From assembly GCA_963692865.2 (NCBI GenBank), contig OY843592.1, positions 2,144,001 to 2,208,000 of the forward strand: a stretch of 64,000 bases of DNA, read 5' to 3'. Shown in pieces: positions 1-8,869 of this stretch (position 1 is the first letter of the stretch; every line of letters starts with the position of its first letter). The position numbers and the translations under genes are program-made. Below the pieces are notes generated by a model. That model saw only the letters and a program-made list of their open reading frames with translations. It searched no databases and was not told the origin of the DNA. Source of the DNA: a bacterium. Lineage in GTDB: Bacteria > UBA8248.

Positions 1-1751
1 CTCCAGTCGATGAACAGATCGGAATTGGGCTCACCATTGAATTGACCTGCAAGATGAAACTCTCCCAACAATTCTTCGAAGGAAGCGTTGCCCACGCGGC
101 CCAAAAACTCATTGAAACGCTCGCCCTCGTTTCTGTGTTCCTGATAGTGAGACAACATCTTCTTGAGCGCAGTGGGAACGCGCTTTGCAGGAATCCGAAC
201 CTGGATGCGCTTGCCGATACGGATCTCTCCATCAGTGGTTTCGTATTGCCCGCCGAGGAAAATTTCATAAGCCGGCAACATCGCGCCGTTCGCCCTGAGC
301 GTTCCCCCGTGAAAGCCGATGTTCGCGATGTGATGCTGGCCGCATGAATTCGGGCAACCGCTCATCTTGATGTGCATCTCCCGCGTGAGCGGGTCCTGAT
401 CGACCTCTTGGAGTGTTTCACGAATGGCGTTCGCCAGACCCATGGAGGAGGTGATGCCGAGCTTGCAAGAATCCGTTCCCGGGCAGGAGACCACGTCGGA
501 TATCTCACGAGCGCCATTTTCGGCGAGTCCGATGCGCTGGAGTTCTTTCCAGAGAGGATAAAGTTCTCCTTCACGCACCCACCGGAGCACGAGGTTTTGC
601 TCGAAGCTCGTTCTTGCGCGTCCTCTCGCGAATCGTCGGGCGAGGTCGGCCAGGGCGAAGAACTGATCTGTTTGGATATTCCCCAGTGGGAGTTTCACCT
701 CGACAGCGAAATAGCCTTCTTGCTTCTGTGGGGAGACGTTCGTTTTTCTCCAGGCGTTATAATCGGCCGAGTCGCCATTCGGGCTCGCGCCCGCTCCGTT
801 CAAGGTGTTCAAGACGGGTGGAGCGTCGGCTTCTTCATCGTCTTTCCAAAGATAGGGTTCGGGGTTCACGGGTTCTTTAGCCCAGTCTTTTTTGAGTTCC
901 TCTTCGACGCGTTCGCGCAGTCCGTCTATTCCAATCCAACTCACGAGGAACTTGATGCGCGCCTTGAAGCGGGATTTCCTGAGTTCAGCGGCCTGATCGA
1001 ATACCCGAATAAGGGCTTCACTCACCCTGAGGAAATCGGACACAGGCACGAACTCGTAAAGCACCTCGGCTGTACGCGCGAAAGTGGCGAGTCCGCCCCC
1101 GACGAGCACCTTGAAGCCATGCACGGAAATCCCTTCCATCTCCTTGATGACCGGGATGAAACCGATGTCGTGAATTCCGCCGACCACGCAGTCCGAAGCG
1201 CAACTGGAGAACGCCACTTTGAATTTGCGCGGCAAATCCTGGGTAAAGTCCTTCCGAACGAAGTAACGCGCGAATGCGCCCGCGTAGGGGGTGGCGTCGA
1301 AAACCTGATCCTTGCAAACGCCCGCATAGGGACATCCCGTGACGTTTCTCACGCAATTTCCGCATGCTTCCCGCGTCGTAAGTCCCACTTCACCCAGAAG
1401 TCTCAAGACATCGGCTGCCTGGTCGAGAGGGACGAAGTGAAACTGCACGTTTTCCCGTGTCGTTACATGGCCTTTCCCCAGTGGGGCATAATCGCGAGAT
1501 ACGCGCCCGAGAGCTTCGAGTTGAGAAGCGCTCAGACCCCCAAAAGGCATTTTCACGCGCACCATCTGCACGTCCGCTTGGCGCTGGCCGTATACGCCGC
1601 GCCTTAAGCGGTAAGGGAGGAACTCGCCGTTATCGAGTTCACCCTTTCGGAATCTGGTGGCTTGTGTTTCAAAATCATCGAATTCTTCGGGAATCACCGG
1701 AATGACGCCCAATGTTTCCCGAGACAGTGGTTTTCGTGATTCTTCGTGCAT
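1..1751 (-). CDS. Ferredoxin-dependent nitrite/sulfite reductase (siroheme), runs off the window start
   Basis: Not in the ORF track because it has no stop in the window. Manual translation from ATG 1751 (GAGGAG SD at 1758-1763): MHEESRKPLSRETLGVIPVIPEEFDDF...RLRRGVYGQRQADVQMVRVKMPFGGL, and near the window edge ...DLFIDW in the same frame. Adjacent to a siroheme methyltransferase. Confidence 0.88.
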   Translation of the reverse strand, partial: MHEESRKPLSRETLGVIPVIPEEFDDFETQATRFRKGELDNGEFLPYRLRRGVYGQRQADVQMVRVKMPFGGLSASQLEALGRVSRDYAPLGKGHVTTRENVQFHFVPLDQAADVLRLLGEVGLTTREACGNCVRNVTGCPYAGVCKDQVFDATPYAGAFARYFVRKDFTQDLPRKFKVAFSSCASDCVVGGIHDIGFIPVIKEMEGISVHGFKVLVGGGLATFARTAEVLYEFVPVSDFLRVSEALIRVFDQAAELRKSRFKARIKFLVSWIGIDGLRERVEEELKKDWAKEPVNPEPYLWKDDEEADAPPVLNTLNGAGASPNGDSADYNAWRKTNVSPQKQEGYFAVEVKLPLGNIQTDQFFALADLARRFARGRARTSFEQNLVLRWVREGELYPLWKELQRIGLAENGAREISDVVSCPGTDSCKLGITSSMGLANAIRETLQEVDQDPLTREMHIKMSGCPNSCGQHHIANIGFHGGTLRANGAMLPAYEIFLGGQYETTDGEIRIGKRIQVRIPAKRVPTALKKMLSHYQEHRNEGERFNEFLGRVGNASFEELLGEFHLAGQFNGEPNSDLFIDW

Positions 1752-1823
1752 CACATGCTCCTCATGTGAATTGTTCTATATACATATCGGATGATGAACA
1801 GGGGCCGGACCGAAACCCGGCAT

Positions 1824-2633
1824 TTACGAAATGACTTGGTTCAAGAATGCTTCCGGCAAACAGCGCCAGGAGATTTCCTGGCTCTCATCGGCCTCGAACC
1901 AGACGAGCTCTTCAAGATCGGCGACGGGGCCCACGAGAAAAACGGCGGGTGGGGATATTTCTTCGCGTTGTGCAAGGCTTGATGCTTCCGCCAAAAGGCA
2001 GCGGTAGGCTGATTGCCTGTTCGTGGTTCCGTTTTCAATGATGGCGGTGGGCGTGTCTTTCGCCATGCCGTTTTCGATAAGTGCGGCTGATATACGCCCA
2101 ATAGAGCGTGCGCCCATTAGAAATACAAGCGTTCCTCTGTCTTTCGCCAAATGCGCGTAGTTTACCTGTGTTTCCGGTTTGCTGGGGTCTTCGTGGGCCG
2201 TTACGACCGTGAACGATGAGGCGAGATTTCGGTGTGTGACGGGTATTCCTGCATAGGCGGGCACGGCCAATGCGGAACTGACGCCCGGTATGATCTCGAA
2301 TTGAACACCGGCTTCGACCAGAGCTTGCGCTTCTTCGCCCCCACGCCCGAATACGAAAGGGTCTCCGCCTTTCAGACGCACCACCTGAAAACCGCTAAGT
2401 GCGAAATGGACGAGAGATTCATTGATGTCGCCTTGGTTCATGGTATGGCGGCCGCTGGATTTTCCCGCATCAATGAATTGACAGCTTTCCGGACAAAGCG
2501 CAAGAATCTCGGGATTTACGAGGCGATCGTATATCACCACGTCCGCGTTTGATAAAGCTTTCGCCGCCTTGAGTGTGAGCAAGTCCGGGTCACCGGGGCC
2601 TGCACCCACGATCTGCACTTTTCCTTGATACAT
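1824..2633 (-). CDS. cobA: Uroporphyrinogen-III C-methyltransferase
   Basis: VGAGPGDPDLLTLKA, VVRLKGGDPFVFGRGGEE, IPGVSS, AGIPVTHR motifs. Confidence 0.95.
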   Translation of the reverse strand: MYQGKVQIVGAGPGDPDLLTLKAAKALSNADVVIYDRLVNPEILALCPESCQFIDAGKSSGRHTMNQGDINESLVHFALSGFQVVRLKGGDPFVFGRGGEEAQALVEAGVQFEIIPGVSSALAVPAYAGIPVTHRNLASSFTVVTAHEDPSKPETQVNYAHLAKDRGTLVFLMGARSIGRISAALIENGMAKDTPTAIIENGTTNRQSAYRCLLAEASSLAQREEISPPAVFLVGPVADLEELVWFEADESQEISWRCLPEAFLNQVIS

Positions 2634-2807
2634 GAGATATTCCTGCCTTAAGAAATAGTTTTCCTTTTATTGTTAAGTAAATTACTTGACTATTTTGGAA
2701 AATATTCCGATTTCATACTTTTGTCAACCCGAAGCGGCGTATATTCTTGAGAAGTTTTGCTTTGGAATGATTTCAGGGTGTCCAACACTACAAAGAAGGT
2801 GCTGATC

Positions 2808-3407
2808 ATGAGTGAAAGCTCCAACCGTTTTGAAGATGCCTTGCGCCTCATCGATGAAGCGAATTCCGAGGATCCGAATACCGAGAAATTCGAGGGCGGG
2901 AACTACCCCAAAGAGCTTTTGTATTCGATGAGAATGACGAAATGGCTCGAAACCATAGAGCCCGACGCCTCAGAAGCCCTTCGTCTGGCGGTGCGGAGCC
3001 AACACATACGCCGGTGGGAAATTCCTCGCTCGAGTTATTCTCTGGATCGGAAGGGGTATCATCAATGGCGCACCCGCCTGTACGACTATCATGGGGAGAA
3101 GGCCGCCGAGATACTTGGGAAGGCGGGTTACGATGAGGAGACGATAGCCCGCGTGCGGATGCTGCTGAAAAAACAGGGTTTGAAGACCAACCCGGAAACC
3201 CGGACGCTCGAGGACGTCGCCTGCCTGGTGTTTCTGGAGAGCTATTTCTGGGATTTCTCACGCCTGCATGACGAGGAGAAAATCATCGACATCTTGCGGA
3301 AGACTTGGGCAAAAATGTCCCCGCGCGGGCAAGAAGCCGCCAGGGAGATTTCGCTGAACGCGGGCGCGGAGGCGCTGCTGAACCAGGCGCTCGCGCCTGA
3401 AAACTAG
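2808..3407 (+). CDS. DUF4202 family protein
   Basis: IDEANSEDPN, ELLYS.RM, QHIRRWEIPR..Y, LEDVACLVFL, TWAKMS; start placed at MSESS. Confidence 0.8.
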   Translation: MSESSNRFEDALRLIDEANSEDPNTEKFEGGNYPKELLYSMRMTKWLETIEPDASEALRLAVRSQHIRRWEIPRSSYSLDRKGYHQWRTRLYDYHGEKAAEILGKAGYDEETIARVRMLLKKQGLKTNPETRTLEDVACLVFLESYFWDFSRLHDEEKIIDILRKTWAKMSPRGQEAAREISLNAGAEALLNQALAPEN

Positions 3408-3516
3408 CGGAAAACGGCTGTTTTCAAGTAGCCCTGCGCTGCTTTTTCATCTGCTTTCTTGTGGTGTATGATTGGCGCGCAATGTTTCTTTTGGACTCAT
3501 TATCAGGGAGAAAATC

Positions 3517-4176
3517 ATGAACCTCACCATGTGGAACTGCTACGTCTGACCCTACGCCTACAGAGCCATGGAGTGGCTCGTTCGCCTTCAGGAGAAAAGA
3601 AGCGATCTGAAAGTGGACTACAAGGCCTTCGTGCTCGAGCAGGCGAATTTCGGCCCGGCGCGCGGCGAGGACTGGAGGGCCTGGGAGGACAAGACCTTCC
3701 CGAGCCGGGATCTCCCCCCGCATCAGGCGGCCAAGTGCGCGGCTCTTCAGGGCGAGACGCAGTTCGACAAGTACCACGTGGCGCTCCACCGGGCGAGGCA
3801 CAGGGACGGCAAGGACATCACCAGCGAACTGGTCCTGCGCGATATCGCCGTGGAAGTCGGCCTCGACGTCGCCCGCTGGGAGGAGGACATGAAGAGCGGC
3901 GCCACGATTCCCCTCATCGCGCAGGAGCATGAGGACGCGGCGGAGCAGGGCGTCTTCGGCGTTCCCACGCTCGATTTCGGGGAGGGCAAGCCCGTTTTCG
4001 TGAAGCTCGAAGAGGGCGACTGGGAGAACGAGGGCGACGAGCAGGGCCTCCTGGACGCCGTGCGGGCCACATCGGCCGAGCGGCCCTGGCTGCTGGAACT
4101 CAAGACGCCCGAATCCGCCAAGCGCAGTTCCGCCTCGGCGAAAAAGTACGAGAAATACGGCGTGAAGTCGAGGTAA
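3517..4176 (+). CDS. DsbA/FrnE-like thioredoxin-fold oxidoreductase, probable selenoprotein (in-frame TGA 3547-3549)
   Basis: SD AGGGAG 3505-3510, ATG 3517, MNLTMWNCYV-TGA-PYAYRA continuing in frame into ORF 3568..4176 with the GVFGVPT cis-Pro loop; hairpin GAGCCA-TGGAG-TGGCTC at 3563-3579. Confidence 0.85.
3563..3579 (+). promoter_or_regulatory. Candidate bacterial SECIS hairpin
   Basis: Perfect 6-bp stem, loop UGGAG starting 19 nt after the UGA, G at loop position 2. Confidence 0.65.
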
Positions 4177-4203
4177 CCGCCGCAAACGAGAGGTTTCCGC
4201 CTC

Positions 4204-4557
4204 ATGAGCGCCATGAAAGACAAGGCCCACCCCGTCGACCTCACGGTGGACAAGCCCGCCCGCGAGTTTCGCGTCGAGTGGGCGAGCGGGGAGAAGAGCG
4301 CCTACGGCTTCGATTATCTGGCCGCTCTCTGCCCGTGCGCGAATTGCAAGGAGGAGCGCAAGGCGCGCGAGAAGAACCCCCTCGCCGTCCTCTCGGGGCC
4401 GAGTGGGCCGACTGAGCTTGAAAACGTGGAGATGGTGGGACGCTACGCCCTCAACTTCATCTGGCGGGGCGGGTGCGGCGCCGGCATCTATTCGTTCGAT
4501 TATCTCTACGAAATCGCCCCCGGGCGCGCCGAAAGTTCAGGGGAAGGAGAGGGCTGA
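4204..4557 (+). CDS. DUF971 / gamma-butyrobetaine hydroxylase N-terminal-like protein
   Basis: LCPCANC, VGRYAL..W, GIYSFDYL. Confidence 0.85.
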   Translation: MSAMKDKAHPVDLTVDKPAREFRVEWASGEKSAYGFDYLAALCPCANCKEERKAREKNPLAVLSGPSGPTELENVEMVGRYALNFIWRGGCGAGIYSFDYLYEIAPGRAESSGEGEG

Positions 4558-4560
4558 ACC

Positions 4561-4704
4561 TTGGAGACCGATGCGCCGAAGCCGATGGATGAAAAGCATG
4601 AAACCCCGCCGGCGCAGGCCGCCTGCCCCACGTGAGTGAGCGGGTGGTTCCACGCCGTGGCGCGGGTTTTGGGCTGGATGAAGAGGAAGGTTCTGAAACC
4701 CTGA
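4561..4704 (+). CDS. Candidate 47-aa small selenoprotein with a CxxU motif
   Basis: TTG 4 nt after the DUF971 stop, purine-rich SD; METDAPKPMDEKHETPPAQAACPT-TGA(4633)-VSGWFHAVARVLGWMKRKVLKP*; hairpin 4649-4666. Confidence 0.5.
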
Positions 4705-4707
4705 AAC

Positions 4708-5070
4708 CTAGCGGTTGATGAGCAGGTTGGCGCCCGCGGCTATCACCGCCACGCCCACGATTCTCTTGAGCGTCAGCGCCGGGAAGTTCTGGAGCAGATG
4801 GGCCCCGACGGCGCCGCCGACGATGGCCCCGACGCTCAGGTACGCCGCATGGTTCCAGACGATGAGCCCGCCCCGCAAGTTCTCGAACGAGGCGACCAGC
4901 GAGTTGAACAGGTAGGCGAGAATCGAGACCGCCACCGCCTGCTGCGGCGTGAGCGCGGGGATGAGGAACAGCGTCGGCACCACGATGATGCCCCAGCCCA
5001 CGCCGGTGGCCGCGTTCAAGGTGCCCGCGATGGCGCCCAGAATCAAAAGTCCCGCCCCCATCCAGTCCAA
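4708..5070 (-). CDS. TauE/SafE (TSUP) sulfite exporter family, half-size
   Basis: GTLNAATGVGWGIIVVPTL, QAVAVS, GAIVGGAVGA; hydrophobic; GGAGG SD before TTG 5070. Confidence 0.8.
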   Translation of the reverse strand: MDWMGAGLLILGAIAGTLNAATGVGWGIIVVPTLFLIPALTPQQAVAVSILAYLFNSLVASFENLRGGLIVWNHAAYLSVGAIVGGAVGAHLLQNFPALTLKRIVGVAVIAAGANLLINR

Positions 5071-5123
5071 AACAGCCTCCTTTTCAGATAACGCCTTTAT
5101 TTTCAATCAGTTGAATTTTCAGA

Positions 5124-5179
5124 AATTTATCGAAAAACGTCGTGAATTTATACATATTTATCCAATTTTTCAGGAATTC
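5124..5179 (+). repeat. AT-rich 56-bp block, inverted copy at 59777-59832
   Basis: AATTTATCGAAAAACGTCGTGAATTTAT...TTCAGGAATTC, 5 mismatches between copies by manual alignment. Confidence 0.85.
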
Positions 5180-5547
5180 CGCTGGGCTGCCTGGCGCTCG
5201 CGGGCTTCGCCCGGAACCCCCCGCCGGGCGCTTCCTCGTCCGCTCCTGACGCCTTCCCGAGAGCGCCGCCGCGGAAACCCCTCTCCGGAACGCCCGGCGC
5301 GGATGCTCCCCGCGGGCGTCCTCGTATTCTCGCCGCTTCGCCTCATCACCCGTCCTCCCGATGCTCTCCCGAAAACGCCCCCGCCCGCAAGCCCGGAACC
5401 CGGCCCGGACGGCGGGCCCCGGCAGACAGGGTAGCGAACCCCGCCCCCCGCGCCAAACGCGCAAATGCGGGGAAATGCGCGGGCGGTGGGGCCGAGCCCC
5501 GGCGATGGGCGAGCGTTTACCAGAGGGGAAGAGGAGGAATCCGTCAT

Positions 5548-6869
5548 GCAAATCGCAATGAACCCGCAGGGGCCGTTCGCGAACGGCCCTCCCCGGTGGA
5601 GAAACGGGCGCTTCACGAAGCGCCCCTACGGTCGTCTTTCAAGAGGATACTGTAGGGGTCGCATATCATGCGACCCGGCTTTTTCGTCCCTCCGGCGATG
5701 GGCCGCATGATATGTCAGACATATATGTCTGACCTACGGCGGGATCCCGACCGGCCTGCGAGGGTTTTTTCAACAACCCCGTATGCGGCCCCTGCACACC
5801 CCCTCGCCTGCCTACCGTAGGGGCGGACCCGTGTGTCCGCCCGTCGGTCCGATACAGGACAGGCGCGGAGGCCTCGGACAGGCGCAGGAGCGCCTGTCTC
5901 TACAAAACCTCGCAAATCGCAATGAACCCGCAGGGGCCGTTCGCGAACGGCCCTCCCCGGTGGAGAAACGGGCGCTTCACGAAGCGCCCCTACGGTCGTC
6001 TTTCAAGGGGATACTGTAGGGGTCGCATATCATGCGGCCCTCATATCGAACGGCGATGGGCCGCATATTATGTCAGACATATATGTCTGACATACGGCGG
6101 GATCCCGACCGGGCCTGCGAGGGTTTTTTCAACAACCCCGTATGCGGCCCCTGCACACCCCCTCGCCTGCCTACCGTAGGGGCGGACCCGTGTGTCCGCC
6201 CGTCGGTCCGATACAGGACAGGCGCGGAGATCTCGGACAGGCGCAGGAGCGCCTGTCTCTACAAAGCCTCGCAAATCGCAATGAACCCGCAGGGGCCGTT
6301 CGCGAACGGTCCTCCCCGGTGGAGAAACGGGCGCTTCACGAAGCGCCCCTACGGTCGTCTTTCAAGAGGATACTGTAGGGGTCGCATATCATGCGACCCG
6401 GCTTTTTCGTCCCTCCGGCGATGGGCCGCATGGTATGTCAGACATATATGTCTGACATACGGCGGGATCCCGACCGGGCCTGCGAGGGTTTTTTCAACAA
6501 CCCCGTATGCGGCCCCTGCACACCCCTCGCCTGCCTACTGTAGGGGCGGACCCGTGTGTCCGCCCGTCGGTCCGATACAGGGCAGGCGCGGAGGCCTCGG
6601 ACAGGCGCAGGAGCGCCTGTCTCTACAAAGCCTCGCAAATCGTAATGAAACCGCAGGGGCCGTTCGCGAACGGCCCTCCCCGGTGGAGAAACGGGCGCTT
6701 CACGAAGCGCCCCTACAGTCGTCTTTCAAGAGGATACTGTAGGGGTCGCATATCATGCGGCCCTCATATCGAACGGCGATGGGCCGCATGATATGTCAGA
6801 CATATATGTCTGACCTACGGCGGGATCCCGACCGGGCCTGCGAGGGTTTTTTCAACAACCCCGTATGCG
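5548..6869. repeat. Tandem array of about 3.6 composite REP-containing units (364/359/364 bp plus partial)
   Basis: Unit start GCAAATCG(C/T)AATGAA at 5548, 5912, 6271, 6635; each unit carries several GTAG/CTAC-tailed palindromes and a TTTTTCAACAACCCC end. Confidence 0.97.
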
Positions 6870-6967
6870 CCCCTTCCAACTCGCTCTTGCTTGACCGGCC
6901 CGCTTAGAGCCGCGCCGGAAAATGTGCGATATTCTCATCCTTCATTCCATTGCCGGGGAGAGACGAC

Positions 6968-7516
6968 ATGACCGAAACCGGAAAAACGCCGGGGCCTGAG
7001 TCGCTGGAGGCGCGGCTGCGCGACGTCGAGGACAGGCTCGAAATCTACAACCTCATCGCCTCGCACCCGCCGAGCGCGGACACCGGCGCGGACGATTACA
7101 CCCGCGCCGTCTTCACCGAAGACGGCGTCTTCGACCGGGGCGAGAGCCTCGACTTCACCGTCGGCAATGAGGCCATCGCCGCCATCGCCTTGAGATCCGA
7201 GCATCAGGAGGCGATCCGCGGCGGCCTCGCCCACTTCGCCGGGCTGCCGCACGTCGAGATCGACGGCGATTCGGCCTGGGTCACCTCCTACCTGCAGCTC
7301 GTCCACCCCGACGCCGAGGGCGCCGAGCGGGAACTGCCGAACCACGGCGTCTCGACCGGCTACCGCATCCACCGCGTCCTCGCCAACCGCTGGGAGCTTG
7401 TGCGCGCGCCGGAGGGCTGGAAGATCAGGAGCCGCAAGCTGCGCCCGCTCGACGGCTCTGCGCCCGCGCGCGACATCCTCTCCCGCGCCCTGGCGCGCCG
7501 CCGCTCCGCCGGGTGA
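6968..7516 (+). CDS. SnoaL-like / NTF2 family protein
   Basis: RLRDVEDRLEIYNLIASH, FTEDGVFD, VEIDGDSAW, GWKIRSRKL. Confidence 0.85.
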   Translation: MTETGKTPGPESLEARLRDVEDRLEIYNLIASHPPSADTGADDYTRAVFTEDGVFDRGESLDFTVGNEAIAAIALRSEHQEAIRGGLAHFAGLPHVEIDGDSAWVTSYLQLVHPDAEGAERELPNHGVSTGYRIHRVLANRWELVRAPEGWKIRSRKLRPLDGSAPARDILSRALARRRSAG

Positions 7517-7587
7517 CGCGCAAAGCTCGCAGCCGCGCTTGCTGATGTGAGGGTGAGTGGGATGGAAGCGGATAAAGCCCCGCTCGC

Positions 7588-7953
7588 TCAACCGTTGCGC
7601 GAGTCGGGCGGAGCGGAGGTTCGGCGGATGAGTTCCCGGAGCGCCTCCATGTTTTCCCGATGCAGTTCGCTTTGCGCCTCGCGTTGGGCGTTCAGCGCCG
7701 CCATGGTTTCCTGGTGCCGGCTGTCCAGCGCCTTCATGGTTTCCCGGTGCTGGGCGTCACGGTGTTTCGCGGCCTGGCGCATGATGTAGAGGCCGCACGC
7801 GATCAAGGCGCATTGCGCGGCCCCGACGAGGGCGGCGACCCATACGGCGGCTCGCTGGACTGCAAGCGAGGCTTGTTGAAGGGCGAGGGTGGATTGCTGC
7901 AGCGTGAGCATGTCTTGCTGCACGGCGAGGCTTGCGGCTTCGTATTCCGTCAT
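7588..7953 (-). CDS. Small membrane-anchored coiled-coil protein with HxExM repeats
   Basis: GGAG SD, MTEYEAASL..., one TM segment, HRETM/HQETM/HRENM, ending ALRELIRRT. Confidence 0.7.
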   Translation of the reverse strand: MTEYEAASLAVQQDMLTLQQSTLALQQASLAVQRAAVWVAALVGAAQCALIACGLYIMRQAAKHRDAQHRETMKALDSRHQETMAALNAQREAQSELHRENMEALRELIRRTSAPPDSRNG

Positions 7954-8029
7954 TCGCTTTTCTCCAGTCTGCCTCGTGGGGAAGCCAGTTCGGTCAGTTT
8001 CGCCCGCGGCGGAGGATAAGTCAAAAGGT

Positions 8030-8700
8030 CGAACCCGACCGGGGAGGGGGTGTTGAAAAAGCCGGAGAGAGACAATTTGTTTGTAGGTGACAACCTCTCC
8101 CTGGGGTTGTCCCACACATACCATGCGACCCTGATTTTCGTCCCTCCACAACGGGCCGCATGATATGCGGCCCCTACATACAAAAACCGTTCCTCCCCGG
8201 TCGCGTAAAACACTCGTTCATCAGGACTTTTTCAACAGCCCCGGGGAATGAGGGTTCGACGCGAGCGGGGGTGGTTGTTGAAAAACCCTGATTTCGCGAT
8301 TCGGCGAATGCAACCGACCGGGGAAGGGGGGTTCGACGGTTTTGATCGTCATTCCGGTGTCGGAGCCGACCGCGGAGGGAGGGTTCGACGGAATCCAGAG
8401 CCGATGTGAATTTCGAGCCGCAGGACGACCATAAAAAACAAGAATGCGAAAAGCCAAATTCAAAAGCAAAGTCCCTGGATTCCGGCTTTCGCCGGAATGA
8501 CGGCGTGCAATCTCGATTGCAGGGGCCGTTCGAGAACGGCCCTTGTCCGGAGAAGAAACGGGCGCTTCCCGAAGCGCCCCTACATTTCGTTTTTGTATGT
8601 CAGACATATATGTCCGACATACCATGCGACCCTGATTTTCGTCCCTCCACAACGGGCCGCATGATATGCGGCCCCTACGGATCCCCCTGTTCCCGGCCCG
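8030..8700. mobile_element. MITE/REP cluster
   Basis: GGGGGTGTTGAAAAA...TTTTTCAACAGCCCC element (about 8046-8242) similar to 45699-45880; GGATTCCGGCTTTCGCCGGAATGAC palindrome; several CTAC-tailed palindromes. Confidence 0.85.
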
Positions 8701-8869
8701 AAACCAACCCCCCCCCCCCCGCGTGGGGAACGATCAGAACCAACCGGGCGCGCCGCTTTTCCTTTTTTCACCGCGAAACCCGGCTCCCTCAAACTTTCCG
8801 CGCCCTCGGTTTTTGGTGTATACAAGAGCTTTGCGTTCCCTGTATGAAAGATTCGCCAAGGAGAACACC

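Noticed and set aside
372-1607. 411-aa plus-strand ORF
   Set aside because: Antisense shadow of the minus-strand nitrite/sulfite reductase
5124-5179. Replication origin with DnaA boxes
   Set aside because: Only partial TTATCCA matches, too short, present twice, and no dnaA/gidA context
5548-6869. CRISPR array or repeat-protein gene
   Set aside because: Units are about 360 bp with no unique spacers and no cas genes; unit lengths are not multiples of 3, so the ORFs are incidental translations of palindromes
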